From: Euprymna scolopes
Taxonomy: Eukaryota
DNA length: 64,000 nucleotides
NCBI GenBank assembly: GCA_053919585.1
Contig: CM132783.1
Strand: one strand, 5' to 3'
Shown: positions 11,633-24,747 of the stretch, in pieces
Numbering within the stretch: position 1 is the stretch's first letter
Layout of the letters: each line of letters starts with the position of its first letter
Made by a program: the position numbers and the translations under genes
Notes under the pieces: generated by a model
Database searches by the model: none
The model's input: the letters and a program-made list of their open reading frames with translations, nothing else
Told to the model about the DNA's origin: nothing

Positions 11633-14600
11633 GACCCTGTCGGCAGGGCATCAGAATATGCCGACTTCCCCCTTGCAGAGAGTAAAAGTCCCCCAATGGG
11701 GCTACCTGTTGGCTGTAGGTAGCAACCCGTAATACCATTAGAACGGGATCCTGGTGGTTGAGGGACTTGGAGGTCAGGATTTAGCACCCCCACTTCCCAA
11801 CACACCACTTTGGCCCTTACTAGGCTAGACGGGCAGTCGGAAGGGCCTGATCCGATCAATCGTTGGTCATGTCAAGCCCCACCATATATTGCCCACTCCA
11901 AAAATCCGCTATTAATACAACACGTCTATCCCTTTCCCACATATAACACCTACTCCCTAATATATGGCGGAAAGCAGTGGCTGAGGGTCAATCGACTAAG
12001 TGAAAATATCAATGACATGGCTGCAAACCCCTTAAATTTACTACATATCCCATAGTAACATCAAAGGAAGACAGGTGCTCATTATAGTATCACTAAAATC
12101 GAGTATATCATCCTTGTATCCCTGTTGAGGCTGGGCGCATGGGTTTCCCCCCCAAGGCACTTTCCATATAGGGCTCTGAGGCGGGTGGGGAGCAAAGATG
12201 ATGGAAAAAACAAAATCATAATATGGCTTATTCCCCCCAAAACCACCCACACCGATGTCTCTGACACCAATAGGTATGAAGAAGAGTCAAGAAAACTGAG
12301 GAATTCCCCAACATTTATAATAATAGAATCAATAGAGGAAACTCCTTTGAGCCAATTATCACCCTTTAAAATTGAAAAAATTTAAAAACTTTAAAACCCA
12401 AATCTATTTAAAAAAAAACAATTTAACGGCAGCCTATTAATTATGATCTATAACGAAGAACAAACCAAGAAAATATTGAAATTAAAAATATTTGAAAATA
12501 TTAAAATTAAATGCTACAGACATCCGATTCTAAATACCTGCAAAGGAATTGTGAAAAGTCACGAACTTTCACTTTGTCCTTTGGAGGAGACCAAGACAAA
12601 CCTACAGAAACAGAATGTGTTAGATGTTTGTAGAGTCCAAATCAAGAAAAACAATGAGAAAATCAATACCAACACATACATACTAACTTTTGATTCCCAC
12701 ACCATACTCAAAGAAGTTTAAGTTGGATATATGAAAATATATGTAGAAACCTACATCCCAAACCCACTCCAATGCTTTAAGTGCCAGAAGTTTGGACACC
12801 ATCAAGATCAGTGCATGCATTCACTAGTGTGTAGAAGATGTGGGGAAAGCAGTCCCCACATTGACTGCAGAAAAGATTTTAAATGTGCCAACTGCTTTGG
12901 AAACCATGACGCTGGCTCTAGATACTGTGAAATATGGAAAAAAGAAAAAGTGACCAAACTAAAATATACAAAGAACATATTCTATCCCGAGGCCAGGAAA
13001 ATGATTGAAACTAAAGCATACGAAGATGACACCAAAAAAACTACTCCAATCAACAATGAAAATGGTCACATACATGAAACAGATACAACTGACAACAAAC
13101 TCGATGTCTTAAGCAAATTAATAAAGGAAATGAAAGAACTATTAGAAGAAATGAGGAAAATGAATAGTGCAACAGTTGGAACCAATCGAAAAATAATCAT
13201 AAGTAAAGACACTGCTGAACCAAAAAAAGAAATAAGATCACAAACCATTTCTACAAAAACAACTGAGCAACCATCAAACACATCACAAGCCAGAAAAGGA
13301 TCAAAAATCCTTTCAAACAAAAAAAAAAAAAAAAACAGGAAAAGAGAGATCCCGATCCACATCCCAAACAAGGATTCCAACTGAAAATAGATTTGAAGGA
13401 TTGGAGGCAATGGAAGTAGAACACAACTCCAAATGACTAACAAAATACTACAATGTAACATCAGAGGGACAAAAGCAAACCTAAATGAACTCTTATTATT
13501 GATAAAAAACGTAAGTCCAGCAATTTTCTGCCTATAGGAGACCTTCCTGAAAGAAAATAATACTATCAACATAAAGTACTTCACATCTTACAACTATATA
13601 AATAAAGATACGGACAGAGCTTCTGGAGGTACATCAATACTCATGAAGAATGAAGTCCCCCAAAGACAAACAAACACAAACTTGCAAGCAATTGCAGTTT
13701 CAGTAACTCTACATAGAACCATAACATTTTGCTCAATCTATCCCCCCCCCCCACCCACAAAAAAAAGATACAATCAATGAAACTGAATTAACTCAATTAA
13801 TAAAACAACTCCCTAAACCATTTATTCTGCTGGGAGACCTCAACAGTCACAATGTAATATGGGGAAGTAAAGAGACAAATAAAAAAGGAAAAGAAATAGA
13901 AAACATAATAAACAAAAATAATCTATGCCTCCTTAATAATCAAAACTATACCTATATGTACTCGGCAACAGATACTTTCACCGCCATCGACCTTACCCTG
14001 TGTGATCCTTCCATATATATGGACTATGATGAGAGAGTACATGATGACACCTGTGGGAGTGATCATGACTCCATCATTCTGGAAAGTCTAAGTACTGAAC
14101 AAAAAGCACCCAAATGGAACCTACATAAAGCAGATTGGGAAGACTTCCAGGAACAGTGCAAAAACCAATTAATTATCGAAAAGAATGATGAAGATGACCA
14201 TTTGAACTACTTCATTAAAACACTCACAAACATAGCAAATAATACCATACCGAAAACCAAACCCAACATTCACAACAAACCTTGGTTCACAAAAGACAGA
14301 AAAGCGATCAGAGCTCGATGAGCTGCCTTAAGAAAATTCAAAAAGAACCCAACAAGCGAAAATCTGGATTTCTTCAAAAACAACAGAGCAAAAGCCAGAC
14401 AAATCATAAAGGAATCCAAAAGAACAACATGAAGAAATTATGTACCCAAAATTAATGTGAATACCAAGGAAAAAACGGTTTGGAATATGATGAGGAAAAT
14501 AGAAGGAAAGTGTAGTAATACACCAATATCTCACATCTCTAAAGACAACAAAATATTCACAGATCAAAAAGACATTTTCAATCCCAATCAAGTAACGCTT

Positions 14601-16880
14601 CAAATCCATCGAATTTCAGACCAATAGTCCTAACAAGCTGCATTTGTAAAACCATGGAAAGGATTATAAACAGAAGACAAATCTGGTTCCTCGAAACAGA
14701 GAACCTTATCACTGAATTTCAATCAAGATTCAGGAAAAATCGAAGCTCAATAGACCATCAATTCAGACTGGAAACCTTCATTAGAGAGGCCTTTCTAATG
14801 AAGGAACATCTAACAGCAGTGTTCTTTGACATGGAAAAAGCCTATGATACTGTGTGGAAGTATGGTGTTACAACAGATCTGAAGGAGCTTGGACTAAAGG
14901 GCAGAATGCCAATTTTTATTGAAAATTAAAAAAAAAAAAAAAAAGACTGTTCAGAGTAAAAGTTGGCATAACCCTCTCGGACTAGAAGGAACAAGAAACT
15001 GGAGTACCTCAAGGGAGTATACTATCAGTGACCCTGTTCAGTATTCAAATAAATAACATTGTAAAAAACCTTAATCCTGGGGTAGACTGCTCCCTATATG
15101 TGAATGACTTTCTAACATGTTGCAGATCGAAATATATACCTATAATTGAAAGGAAACTTCAATTGTAAACAAAATAATGAAATGGATGGAAGAAAATGGA
15201 TTTAAATTCTCAAGGAAAAAAACGAAAGGCATGCATTTCTGCAAACTAGAACATGCACAATGATCCTGTCCTAACCATGGAAGGAACGCCTATACCCGTT
15301 ACTGACCAGCACAAATTCTTGGGGATTGTTTTGATAAAAAGTTGACCCTCATCCCACACATAAATTATCTAAAAAAAAAAAAAAAAAAAATGTAACAAAG
15401 CTTTAAACCTTCTGAGAGTAGTAGCACATACTGATTGGAGTGCAGACAGGGAAACACTACTTAAACTTTACAGAGCACTAGTCCGCTCAAAGCTAGACTA
15501 TGGTTGTTTCATATATGGATCAACTCGAACATCATATATGAAAAGCCTAGACCCTATATACCATACAGTACCTCCCCCGTGAACAGTCTATACTCAGAAG
15601 CACACGAATTCCATTTAGACCTAAGGCGAGAAAAGTTAGGTCTTTAAGACTTAAACTCAAATCCTGCCCAAACAACCCTACATACCAATGTACCTTCTAT
15701 CCAAAATATGAAGAACTCTTCAACATGAGAGAAAAAAACCATCAAAATTTTTGGTCTCCGAATGAAGGAAAGCATGGAAGAATCTAAAATACCAATCTCC
15801 AGCATTCACAACTTCATACTACCTAAAACGCCCTCATGGACCATGAAACAAGCAGAAATAAAACTGAATCTAAACAAAAAGCCTATTGAATAACATGATG
15901 AACTTCAGCATTTAAACGACACTAGACTACACCTTTCTCTATGCAGATGGGTCCAAAAGCAACAATCACATTGGATGTGCAGCAACTTACCATAATACCA
16001 CAATGAAGAAAAAACTTAAAAACGAAGTATCTATATTTACTGCAGAGACTATAGCTATCGACCTAGCACTTGACATAATTTCAGAGGAAACTACCAAAAA
16101 CTTCATCCTCACCGATTTTCTATCCACTAACAATAAAGTTACTAGAAAAAATCAATATCCTCTCAACCACCAAAAACATCATTTTTGTCTGGATCACAAA
16201 TCATGTGAGAATCAAAGACAATGACAGGGCAGATACAGCTGCAAAAAAATGTGAGAATCAAAGACAATGACAGGGCAGATACAGCTGCAAAAAAATCTTC
16301 ACACCTCCCAATTATAAGATTCCTCATACTGACCTTATACCTCAGATAAAAGCACACATACAAAGAAAATAGGAACTACGATGGAATCAACATGAAAGCA
16401 GCAAACTATACTCCATAAAACCTAAACTTAAGAAACGATGTCCAAACACCAAAAGATCACGCTGAGAAAATATAATACTGACTCGACTACGTATAGGACA
16501 CACCAATATAACCCATTCATATATACTTAATGAAGAATCGGCACTAGAATGCATCCCATGCCAAGAGAGGCTCACAGTGGAACACATCCTAGTTAAATGT
16601 ACTGACCTTGCTCCAACCAGAAAACTGTACTATGTCGAAAACAATATGGAGGACCTTTTTGAAAAAGTCAACCCAATGACTATCCTATCATACTTAAAAA
16701 GAGTAAATCTATATATGAAAATCTAAGAAAATTTAAAGACATTCATATATACATATTCAACTATAAATACAACATCTGAAATATGCACACAACTAATTTC
16801 TTTTGAAAAACTCTTCTGACTTTTAATGACAAAAAAAAAAAAAGCGGAAAAAGTTGTTAAACCCATTCAATCCAATCCAA
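11633..16880 (+). mobile_element. I-group LINE C, apparently complete 5' end, with internal deletions
   Basis: About 620-nt GC-richer 5' UTR; ORF1 with three zinc knuckles (CFKCQKFGHHQDQC, CRRCG, CANCFGNH); decayed APE, RT, RNase H and C-terminal zinc finger; (CCAAT)n tail. Confidence 0.9.
16203..16295 (+). repeat. 46-bp tandem duplication inside the RNase H region of LINE C
   Basis: atgtgagaatcaaagacaatgacagggcagatacagctgcaaaaaa occurs twice. Confidence 0.9.
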
Positions 16881-19800
16881 GAAATAAAAATAGCTTACAA
16901 GAAACTAAGAGTCGAAACATACATCCCCAACCCACTCCATTGCTTTAACTGTCAAGAATTTGGTCACTATCAGGACTGATGCATATGCCAGCCAGTGTGT
17001 GGAAGGTGTGGAGAAAGTGACAATCATACCAACTGTCAAAAAAACTATAAATGTGCCAACTGTAAAGAAAATCACAGTGCCTACTCCAAAAACTGTGAAA
17101 TCTGGAAAAAAGAAAAGGAAATTGTAAAAATTAAACACTCATTAAACAAAGAAGCAAGGAAAAGAGCAGTAACAGCTAAATATTCAGAAATAACAAAAAA
17201 GAATACTCCCAACACCAATAAACACACAACAATTATTGCACAACAAACCTTGATATTAAAATCCAAGATCTCACCAACCAAATCAAAATATTGATAAATA
17301 CAATAGAGGAAATAAAAAAACAAAACAAATATGAATAAAACCTCACTAGAACCAAAAATCCAAATACCACACCTAATAGAACCAACCTCTCTATCAGAAA
17401 AAGAAAAAAAAAAAGCAAATGCCAAAAAATATATGAGGAGAAAAAAAGAAACAAAATGGCACCCAATAATGAAAAAAAACAAAAAAACAAAAACAAAAAT
17501 ACAACAGGCAGATCACGTTCACTCTCTGGGCCAGGAGCCGTGGCCCAGGGTGTCTCGGAAGAGATGGACATACTGGGGGAATCCCTGGAAAGTGGAGGCC
17601 GGCGGACAAGCAAAGCAACCTATACGGCGCATGAACCCAAACCTCCCAATACACCACAATCATGATCCAAAGGTAGAAGTAAACAAGAAAATACTAAGCC
17701 CGCAAGACGCAAATACCTGCAAGTCATGGAAACTGAGGAACTAGAACGAAACACTCCCAACCAAAACTCCCCAGAAACAATAGAACCCAATTACAAATCC
17801 TATAATGCATAATGACTAACAAACCTACAACACCTAACAGAATCCTACAGTGGAACATCAGCTGTAAATGCAAACCACCAAGAATTACTAATCCTCATTT
17901 CTACATGACTACCATCAGTAATTTGTTTATAAGAAACTCCCCTAAAAGAAAATAACGCCATAAAATAAAAAACTACATATCCTACAATTACAAACATACC
18001 CACAACCTCAGAGCATCTGGTGGCACATCAATATTAATCAACAACAATATTCCACAAAGACAAAGCAAAATAAACAACCATACAAGCAACTGCTGTATCT
18101 GCATCCCTACATGAAAACCTAACAATATGTTCAATTTACATACCACCCAATGAAACATCCCATGAAACTGAACTTAAAAACCTAATACACCAGATTCCAA
18201 AACCATACATCCTCCTGGGAGATCTAAACAGTTACAATACCTTGTGGGGCAGTAATAAAACCAACAAAAAGGTATCATTATTGAAAACCTAATTCACAAA
18301 GAAAATCTATACCTCTTCAACAACCAATCACCTGTTTATTTACACCCAGGAACTGGCGCCTACTCAGCTATCGATATAACAATTGAGGATCCTTCATTGG
18401 CTCTCAAATACAAATGGCAATTCACAATGAACCATGTGGAAATGACCATTTTCCAATCATTTTGGAAGAATTCGGCACTGAACCTGAGGAAAAAAAAAAA
18501 AAAACAGGATGGAACTTAAGTCAAACTTGACAAAATTCAAACAATTATGCCAAAATAAACTAATCCCAGACACAAATACTGATCAGGAAGACTACACCTC
18601 CCATTTCATAAAAACACTCATAGAAATAGCGCAAGAATGCATATTCAAATCTAAATCTCAAACTAAAATAAATAAACCTGGTATACCAATGATTGTAAAG
18701 AAGCAGTCAGGGCCCTCTGCTTAGCACTGCACACCTTCCAAAAAGAACTCACAAATCTAAATTTAATAAAATATAAAAAACAGAGCTCAAACAGAAGAAC
18801 TATAAAAGAGGCCAAAAGAACAACATGGAAGAGTTTTGTTTCCAAACTAAATACTAACACCCAAATAAAAACAGTATGGAAACTGATTCACAGAATAAAT
18901 GGGAAAACAACAGCTACCCATTAAAACACCTCATACAAAATAACACCATGGCAACGACTAAAGAAGAAATTGTAAACCTTCTTGCAGAAAATTTTGCCAA
19001 CATCTCATCCCACCAGAATCATCAATTTTCCAAAGCATAAAAAGAAAGAAGAACATAAAAAAATAAACTTTAAATCCAAAAATGAAGAAGCTTACAACAA
19101 ACCATTCTCTATACATGAACTACAAGAAGCACTTGGAAGATCCCACCATTCAATCGCAGGCCCAGATGAAATACACTATGAATTTCTGAACCAACTCCCA
19201 AAACCATTACTAAAAATCTATAACAATATCTGGACAAGTGGAAAAGTTCCAGTATCATGGAAAACAACAATTCTCATCCCCATACCAAAACCTACTAAAG
19301 ACTACACAAACCCAAATAATTCCCCAAACAACATTAAATCCAACTAATTTCATACTAATAGCTCCAACCAGCTGCATGTGCAAGATGTTCGAAAGAATGA
19401 TCAACCAAAGACTCACATGGTATCTGGAAATAAACAATCTTATCACTAAATTCCAGTCAGGTTTTAGAAACAGAAGAAGCACCATAGACCATCTAATATG
19501 TCTAGAAACGTTGATACAAGAAGCCTTCATAAGGAAGGAATATACAGTGGCAATTTTCTTTGACCTAGAGAAGGCACAATCTGGAGATATGGCATCATGA
19601 AGAATTTGAAAGAACTGCGTCTATTAGGTAGACTACCAATCCTTATAAGCGACTTCATAAACAATAGAAACTTTCAAGTAAAAGTAGGAAGCACCCTATC
19701 AAATATAAAAGCCCAAGAAACAGGAGTTCCACAAGAAAGCATCTCTCAGTAACCCTTTTCAATATAAAGATCAACAATATTGTTAAAAATGTCTCCCTTG

Positions 19801-21324
19801 GAATTGACTGCTCACTGTTCGTTGACGACTTCCTCATTTGTTACAGTTCTAAATATATGAACACAATAGAAAGACAATTATAACTCCACATCAATAAAAT
19901 AAAAAAATGGTCTTCTGGAAATGGTTTCATACTCTCTAAGACCAAAGGTATACACTTCTGCCAACACCGGAAACTACACAAAGACTCCATTCTGAAATTG
20001 GATAACTCTGAAATTCTCATAATCAAGGAACACAATCGATATTATATTATTTTTCATTCCTAATATCAAAAACTTAAAAATCAAATGCGACAAAGGAATA
20101 CAACTACTAAGAGTACTATCCCATACAAACTGGGGCGCAGATAAGAAAACACTGCTCAAACTCTATAGAGCTTTAATTAGATCCAAATTTGATTACGGAT
20201 GCTTCATTTATGAAGCTACATGCAAATCCTACCTCAAGGAACTCGAACCCATTCATTATCAAGGCCTAAGAATAGAATAAATCCGGCAATAATTCATTCA
20301 AATATTATCTCAGAAATACAACCTGTACTACTCAATTTAACCAACCATCCCAAGGATAAAACAAACCCAATCACCTTCCAGGAATAAATACTTCTCATCC
20401 AACAAAAGTACCGAGAACACCACCATATATATACAGATGGATCCAAAATGGGTGACAGAGTAGGATGTGTTGCCACCCTGAATAAATCCAAATTCCAAAA
20501 ACGACTTCCAAACAAAGCATCCATCTACAGTGCAGAAGTCTCAGCAATCGACCTAGCCTTAGACATAATTCCAAACAACAATTCCAAAAAAATTATAATC
20601 TCAGATTCCAAACCTATACTTCTAGCACTGGAAAACCACGACACATATAACCCCCTTATTAACAAATTATTAAAAAAAAATATGACCCAAATAGCAAGAA
20701 CTACAAACCTTATTTTCTGCTGGATCCCGAGCCACACAGGCATCAAAAGTAATGAAAAGGCTGACTCAGCAGCAAAAGAAGCCCTAAAGTTGGAACAATC
20801 CAATACAAAGATCCCTTATACAGATCTCAAACAAACTATTAAAACATTCATAAACACCAAGTGGCAAGAAACATGGAACAACTGCACAAACAATAAACTA
20901 CACCACATATCCACATCGGAAAATGGCCACAGGGATACAGGAAATAGAGAAAGGAAGAGATAACCCTGGCCCGGCTGCGAATAGGCCATACCTTTATTAC
21001 TCACTCCTATCTTTTAAAAGGGGAAGATCCTCCGATATGTATACCTTGCCATGAACCTTTCTCAGTTAAACACATCTTAATTGAGTGCAAGAAATTCGAA
21101 ACAACAAGATCTCAATATTATCAAGTAAGCAACTTAAAAGAACTTTTCAACACTATACAAATAGAAAACAACCTAAACTTCTTGAAAACAATCGACCTAT
21201 ACTGGAAAATTAAAAATAGCTTATAGCAAATAACCCCTATAAAAATTCCAAATAATTCATAAACAACACCTTAGGCACTAAATAAACAGAGAAGTTGATG
21301 TGCCATTAAAAAGCAACCAATCAA
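16877..21324 (+). mobile_element. I-group LINE D, 5'-truncated within ORF1
   Basis: Begins at EIKIAY..ETYIPNPL; APE and RT remnants; RNase H YTDGSK, SAEV, CWIPSHTGIKSNEKAD; stem-loop at 21274-21304 and CAAC/CAAT tail. Confidence 0.9.
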
Positions 21325-21521
21325 ACTATACCTAAAAATATAACATCAAGCCCTTCTAAAAAAACTTTCAATGAAAATAGATAACCTTGTCCCCATCCCC
21401 CTCGCAAAAAAATAAAACTGAACAAACACACTGAATCAAAATAAATCCAAACGATCTTCAGCATTAAATGACCCAACAAAGGTCGATATGCTGGTTAAAT
21501 AAAGCAAGCAACCAACCAACC
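21325..21521 (+). mobile_element. Second LINE 3' tail directly behind LINE D
   Basis: Stem-loop cagcattaaatgacc..ggtcgatatgctg at 21459-21493 followed by (CAAC)n. Confidence 0.75.
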
Positions 21522-22110
21522 TGATGCAATTGCATTCAAGATGGGTATATTTGCTGATAACACCACGCAGTTTTCTCAACACGTAGACAAATCGGATGCG
21601 CACATATCCTTAGAAAATAGTCTCCAATCTATCAAAATTCACAGCTAACATGAATTGGATTAAATACATAGAAGATATTGCTAAATCTGCTGCAAAGAAG
21701 ATGAACTCCCTCTACTGCACTAGAAATCTCACATCTACTAGTTCTCAACATCTCTACAAAGCCACCATTCATCCATGCATGGAGTATTGATGTAACTTCT
21801 GGACTGGTGCACTAAGCACTAGTCTCTTTTTCTTAGGCAAATTCTAGAAAAGAGTCTATAATACTAATTTTCAGTCCCTGTCCCCTATCACTGCAATGTT
21901 GCATCTCTGTGCTTGTTTTAATGAAATGTGTTCGGATGAGCTTGCTGCATTTGTGTAAATACCCTCAACCAACTTGACAAGCCTTAAAATCCTACCATTT
22001 TACTGTAGAGTTCTCTAGATGCCAGAAAGTTTCCTACTTTAATAGCTTCTTTGTTCAAGCCACTTGCTTCTGGAATTCCCTCCCTGTTTCTCCGATTGTA
22101 CCAATATGCA
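21522..22110 (+). mobile_element. Heavily decayed CR1-group (L2/Crack-like) LINE RT 3' fragment
   Basis: Remnants FADNT, LYKATIHPCMEY, NVASL; similar to the better-preserved minus-strand copy at 23470-24505. Confidence 0.65.
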
Positions 22111-22119
22111 GAAAACAGG

Positions 22120-22120
<1 letters not shown>

Positions 22121-22161
<41 letters not shown>

Positions 22162-22173
22162 GCACACACACAC
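22121..22173. repeat. (TA)n(CA)n microsatellite
   Basis: Seen directly. Confidence 0.95.
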
Positions 22174-22239
22174 AAATGAAAATAGATAAACCAGTTCATA
22201 AAAGAAAAAAAATCTGTATTCTCTATTCCATTTTTTCAG

Positions 22240-22326
22240 GGCTTATCTCGAACCAAAGATGGATTGCTGGTGGTCGAGATGGACTTGAATATGTGTCGGC
22301 AAGCTAAAGACAATTGGGGATTTAGA
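22240..22326 (+). CDS. UPB1: Beta-ureidopropionase, penultimate coding exon (GLSRTKDGLLVVEMDLNMCRQAKDNWGFR)
   Basis: Acceptor ttttttcag and donor gtaagt, phase 0/0, 87 nt; peptide matches the recalled UPB1 C-terminal motif GLSR..DGLLV..DLN.C....D.W.F. Confidence 0.92.
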
Positions 22327-22470
22327 GTAAGTATATAAATATTTTTTAAAATTTTATTTACTAATTTACATGCTTCGGATGTTGTACTGTTCAGCCACGT
22401 CCAGATACCCTGTCTTTGAATAACTTATCCCAGTTAATCTTTTAAGAATTTGGAACTGATTCTTTCATTA

Positions 22471-24747
22471 CACTAGTCAACAACAAATTTCTTGTCTGCA
22501 TTTTTTTCAGCTGATTTGTGATAAATCTTATGCGCTGAATCCAAAAATCACATTGGTTTTGCTCAATCAGGTCAAGTTTTTTTTAGCTATGACCACATGT
22601 CAATTTCTTTCTTTTTTTTTTTTTTGGTAACATGTACGCATGTGTAGAGCATATTAAATGTTTGTGAAGGTAAAATGCCATGTTGAATAATTGTTTTGAT
22701 TGAAAATGATTATTTTAATGACAAGAAGTATTCATGTCTGATAGTTCTAGGTGATTGTCAAAAAGGGATCAGTTTGAAGTCATAAAGCCTTCCAAAATTT
22801 GGTACTCAGCATACACAAAGGAGGATTGTCCTGTATAGGAGGAATTAGTGTCTTGCAAAGAAAGGAACATCATCAACAACCCTCTGGCAGACAGACAGAA
22901 TACTCTTCCCACCACTGCACATCAAGTTCTGCTTAATCAAGCAGTTCACCAAGGCTCTGGATAAGTATGGTGACTGCTTCATTTAGTTGTTCCAGACTTT
23001 TCTAGGATTAACCATGGAAAAGTTGAAAGCTGGCATATTTGACGGTCCTTAGATTCGGCAATGAACAAAGTGTAACTGGAAAGCATTTGTTCTGGTAGTG
23101 AAAAACTTGGCAACAATAAGGCCGGAAACTATGCAGAACTTGTCAACAACTTGCTGACTGGTTTCAGAAACTTGGGCTACAAATGAGCATCAAGATACAC
23201 TATCTATTTTCACATATGGATTAATTTCCTGAGAACCTGTTTAATGAGTGACGAGCAGGGGAAGAGATTCCATCAGAATTGACTACTGTTGGAATCTGAA
23301 GAGAGACCTCCCTGCTGCTGAGCATTCCAGGAGTTCAAAGAAATGGCAGTTGAAGCCCTGAAGTTTGGACAATGGTAAAGCAACATACAATTTACATGTA
23401 CTTAACTTTATCAATGCCCAAAATTCAGTTTTTCAGTAATCAATATTTCTATCAGGTAATCAATATATGTTTTTTTTTTGTTTTTTTTTTTTACATAGGC
23501 ATCACCACATTATCAAGGCCAAGAGGCCACTCAAGGATAAGGGTTAAAGAGTGTACAGTAGAAATTGGACAATATAGTAATCATTAGTAATGAAAATTTG
23601 GTAAATTTGATAACTTATATGGAACGGCTCATCAAGAACTTATTTACGTTAGACTTGAACACAACCATATTGTACTCAGCCGGAAAGCAGGAAAACGGAA
23701 GACAATTCCACAGGCGTGCAGTTCTAAGAAGCTTTGTTCATGGAATCTACGTTTAGGTTTAGGCACAGATAAAGAGTGGGGGGAATTATTGATAGTGTTT
23801 ACAGCTAGACGAGTGTTTCTTGTGAAAGTTTGGCGAGGGGGGACCATAGATTGAAGCTCAGTCGAACACTTTCCATGAAAATAACGATACATCAGAGACA
23901 AACTCGCAACATCTCTTCTGTGAGATAGAGGTTGCAAGGAAGAGAAAAGGACATCTCCTACGAGGCTACGAAGTCTATTTTGAACTCTATCAAGGCAGGA
24001 CAAGTCCTTTCTAGCAGCTCCTGCCCAGATGTGGCAACAGTATTCCATCCTTGGACGTACCTGGCTCTTATATAGATAGAGAATAGCATCAGCAGTGAGA
24101 TATTTACGGGATCGATAGAAAGATCCCACCATTTTTCCAGCGGCCTTGGCAACAGATTTGATGTACGTGTTCCATTTAAGATCAGGAGTAATGGTCAAGC
24201 CCAGAAGCTTGTCAAAACTTGAGGCCTCCTGAAGACGAGAGCCATTCATTTCAATTGATGCAAGATGGGGATCAGAATGTTGATGATGTAAAGAGAGAAG
24301 CTTGGTTTTAGATGCATCAAAAGTAACCAGCCACTCCTTTCCCCATTGTACTACGTGCTCAAGATCAGAGGAGAGAGAATTGGAGAGAACTTGGTCATTT
24401 ACTGTGTTAGATGTGCTACCATAAATGGTAGTGTCGTCAGCATAAATGTCTACAAATGATGTAAGGATGTGATTTGGAAGATCATTAATGTAGATCAGGA
24501 AAAGAGTTTTTCTTAAAAACATTTAGGTTTATAGGGTTTGACAAAAATCAGCTGACAACGGCACAAAAATGTAATTGATTTTGTCATAAGATCTGATTGT
24601 TTTCGAATCAGCTTAGCACAAGGACCTGAACTGATGGAGAGAAATGGATGCCATTTCCTGATTCAGCAAAAAAAAAAAAAAAATTCCTAAATCAGTTGTA
24701 GAAATGTAGACAACCTTCAGAAAGTAACAAAATTATTGTTAATGATG
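22471..24747 (+). mobile_element. Chapaev3-type (CMC) DNA transposon relic, interrupted by a CR1-group LINE
   Basis: Starts CACTAGTCAACAAC after TTA; degenerate long TIRs (22471-22580 vs about 24620-24747); transposase remnants LPPLHIK..LIKQFTKAL, KLKAGIFDGP, SDEQG.RFHQ. Confidence 0.75.
23470..24505 (-). mobile_element. 5'-truncated CR1-group (L2/Crack-like) LINE
   Basis: ORF 23644-24522: LFLIYINDL, YADDTT, LYKSQVRPRMEYCCHIW; poly(A) tail appears as T-run at 23470-23492; inserted at a gttttt site in the Chapaev element. Confidence 0.88.

Noticed and set aside
11633-11700. Pistol, twister or HDV ribozyme call for the LINE 5' end
   Set aside because: Only a superficial pseudoknot resemblance; required stems and conserved cores could not be placed.
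1-21521. Telomeric retrotransposon array (HeT-A/TART-like)
   Set aside because: No telomeric repeats; the array lies upstream of an internal UPB1 exon and the elements are old and diverged.
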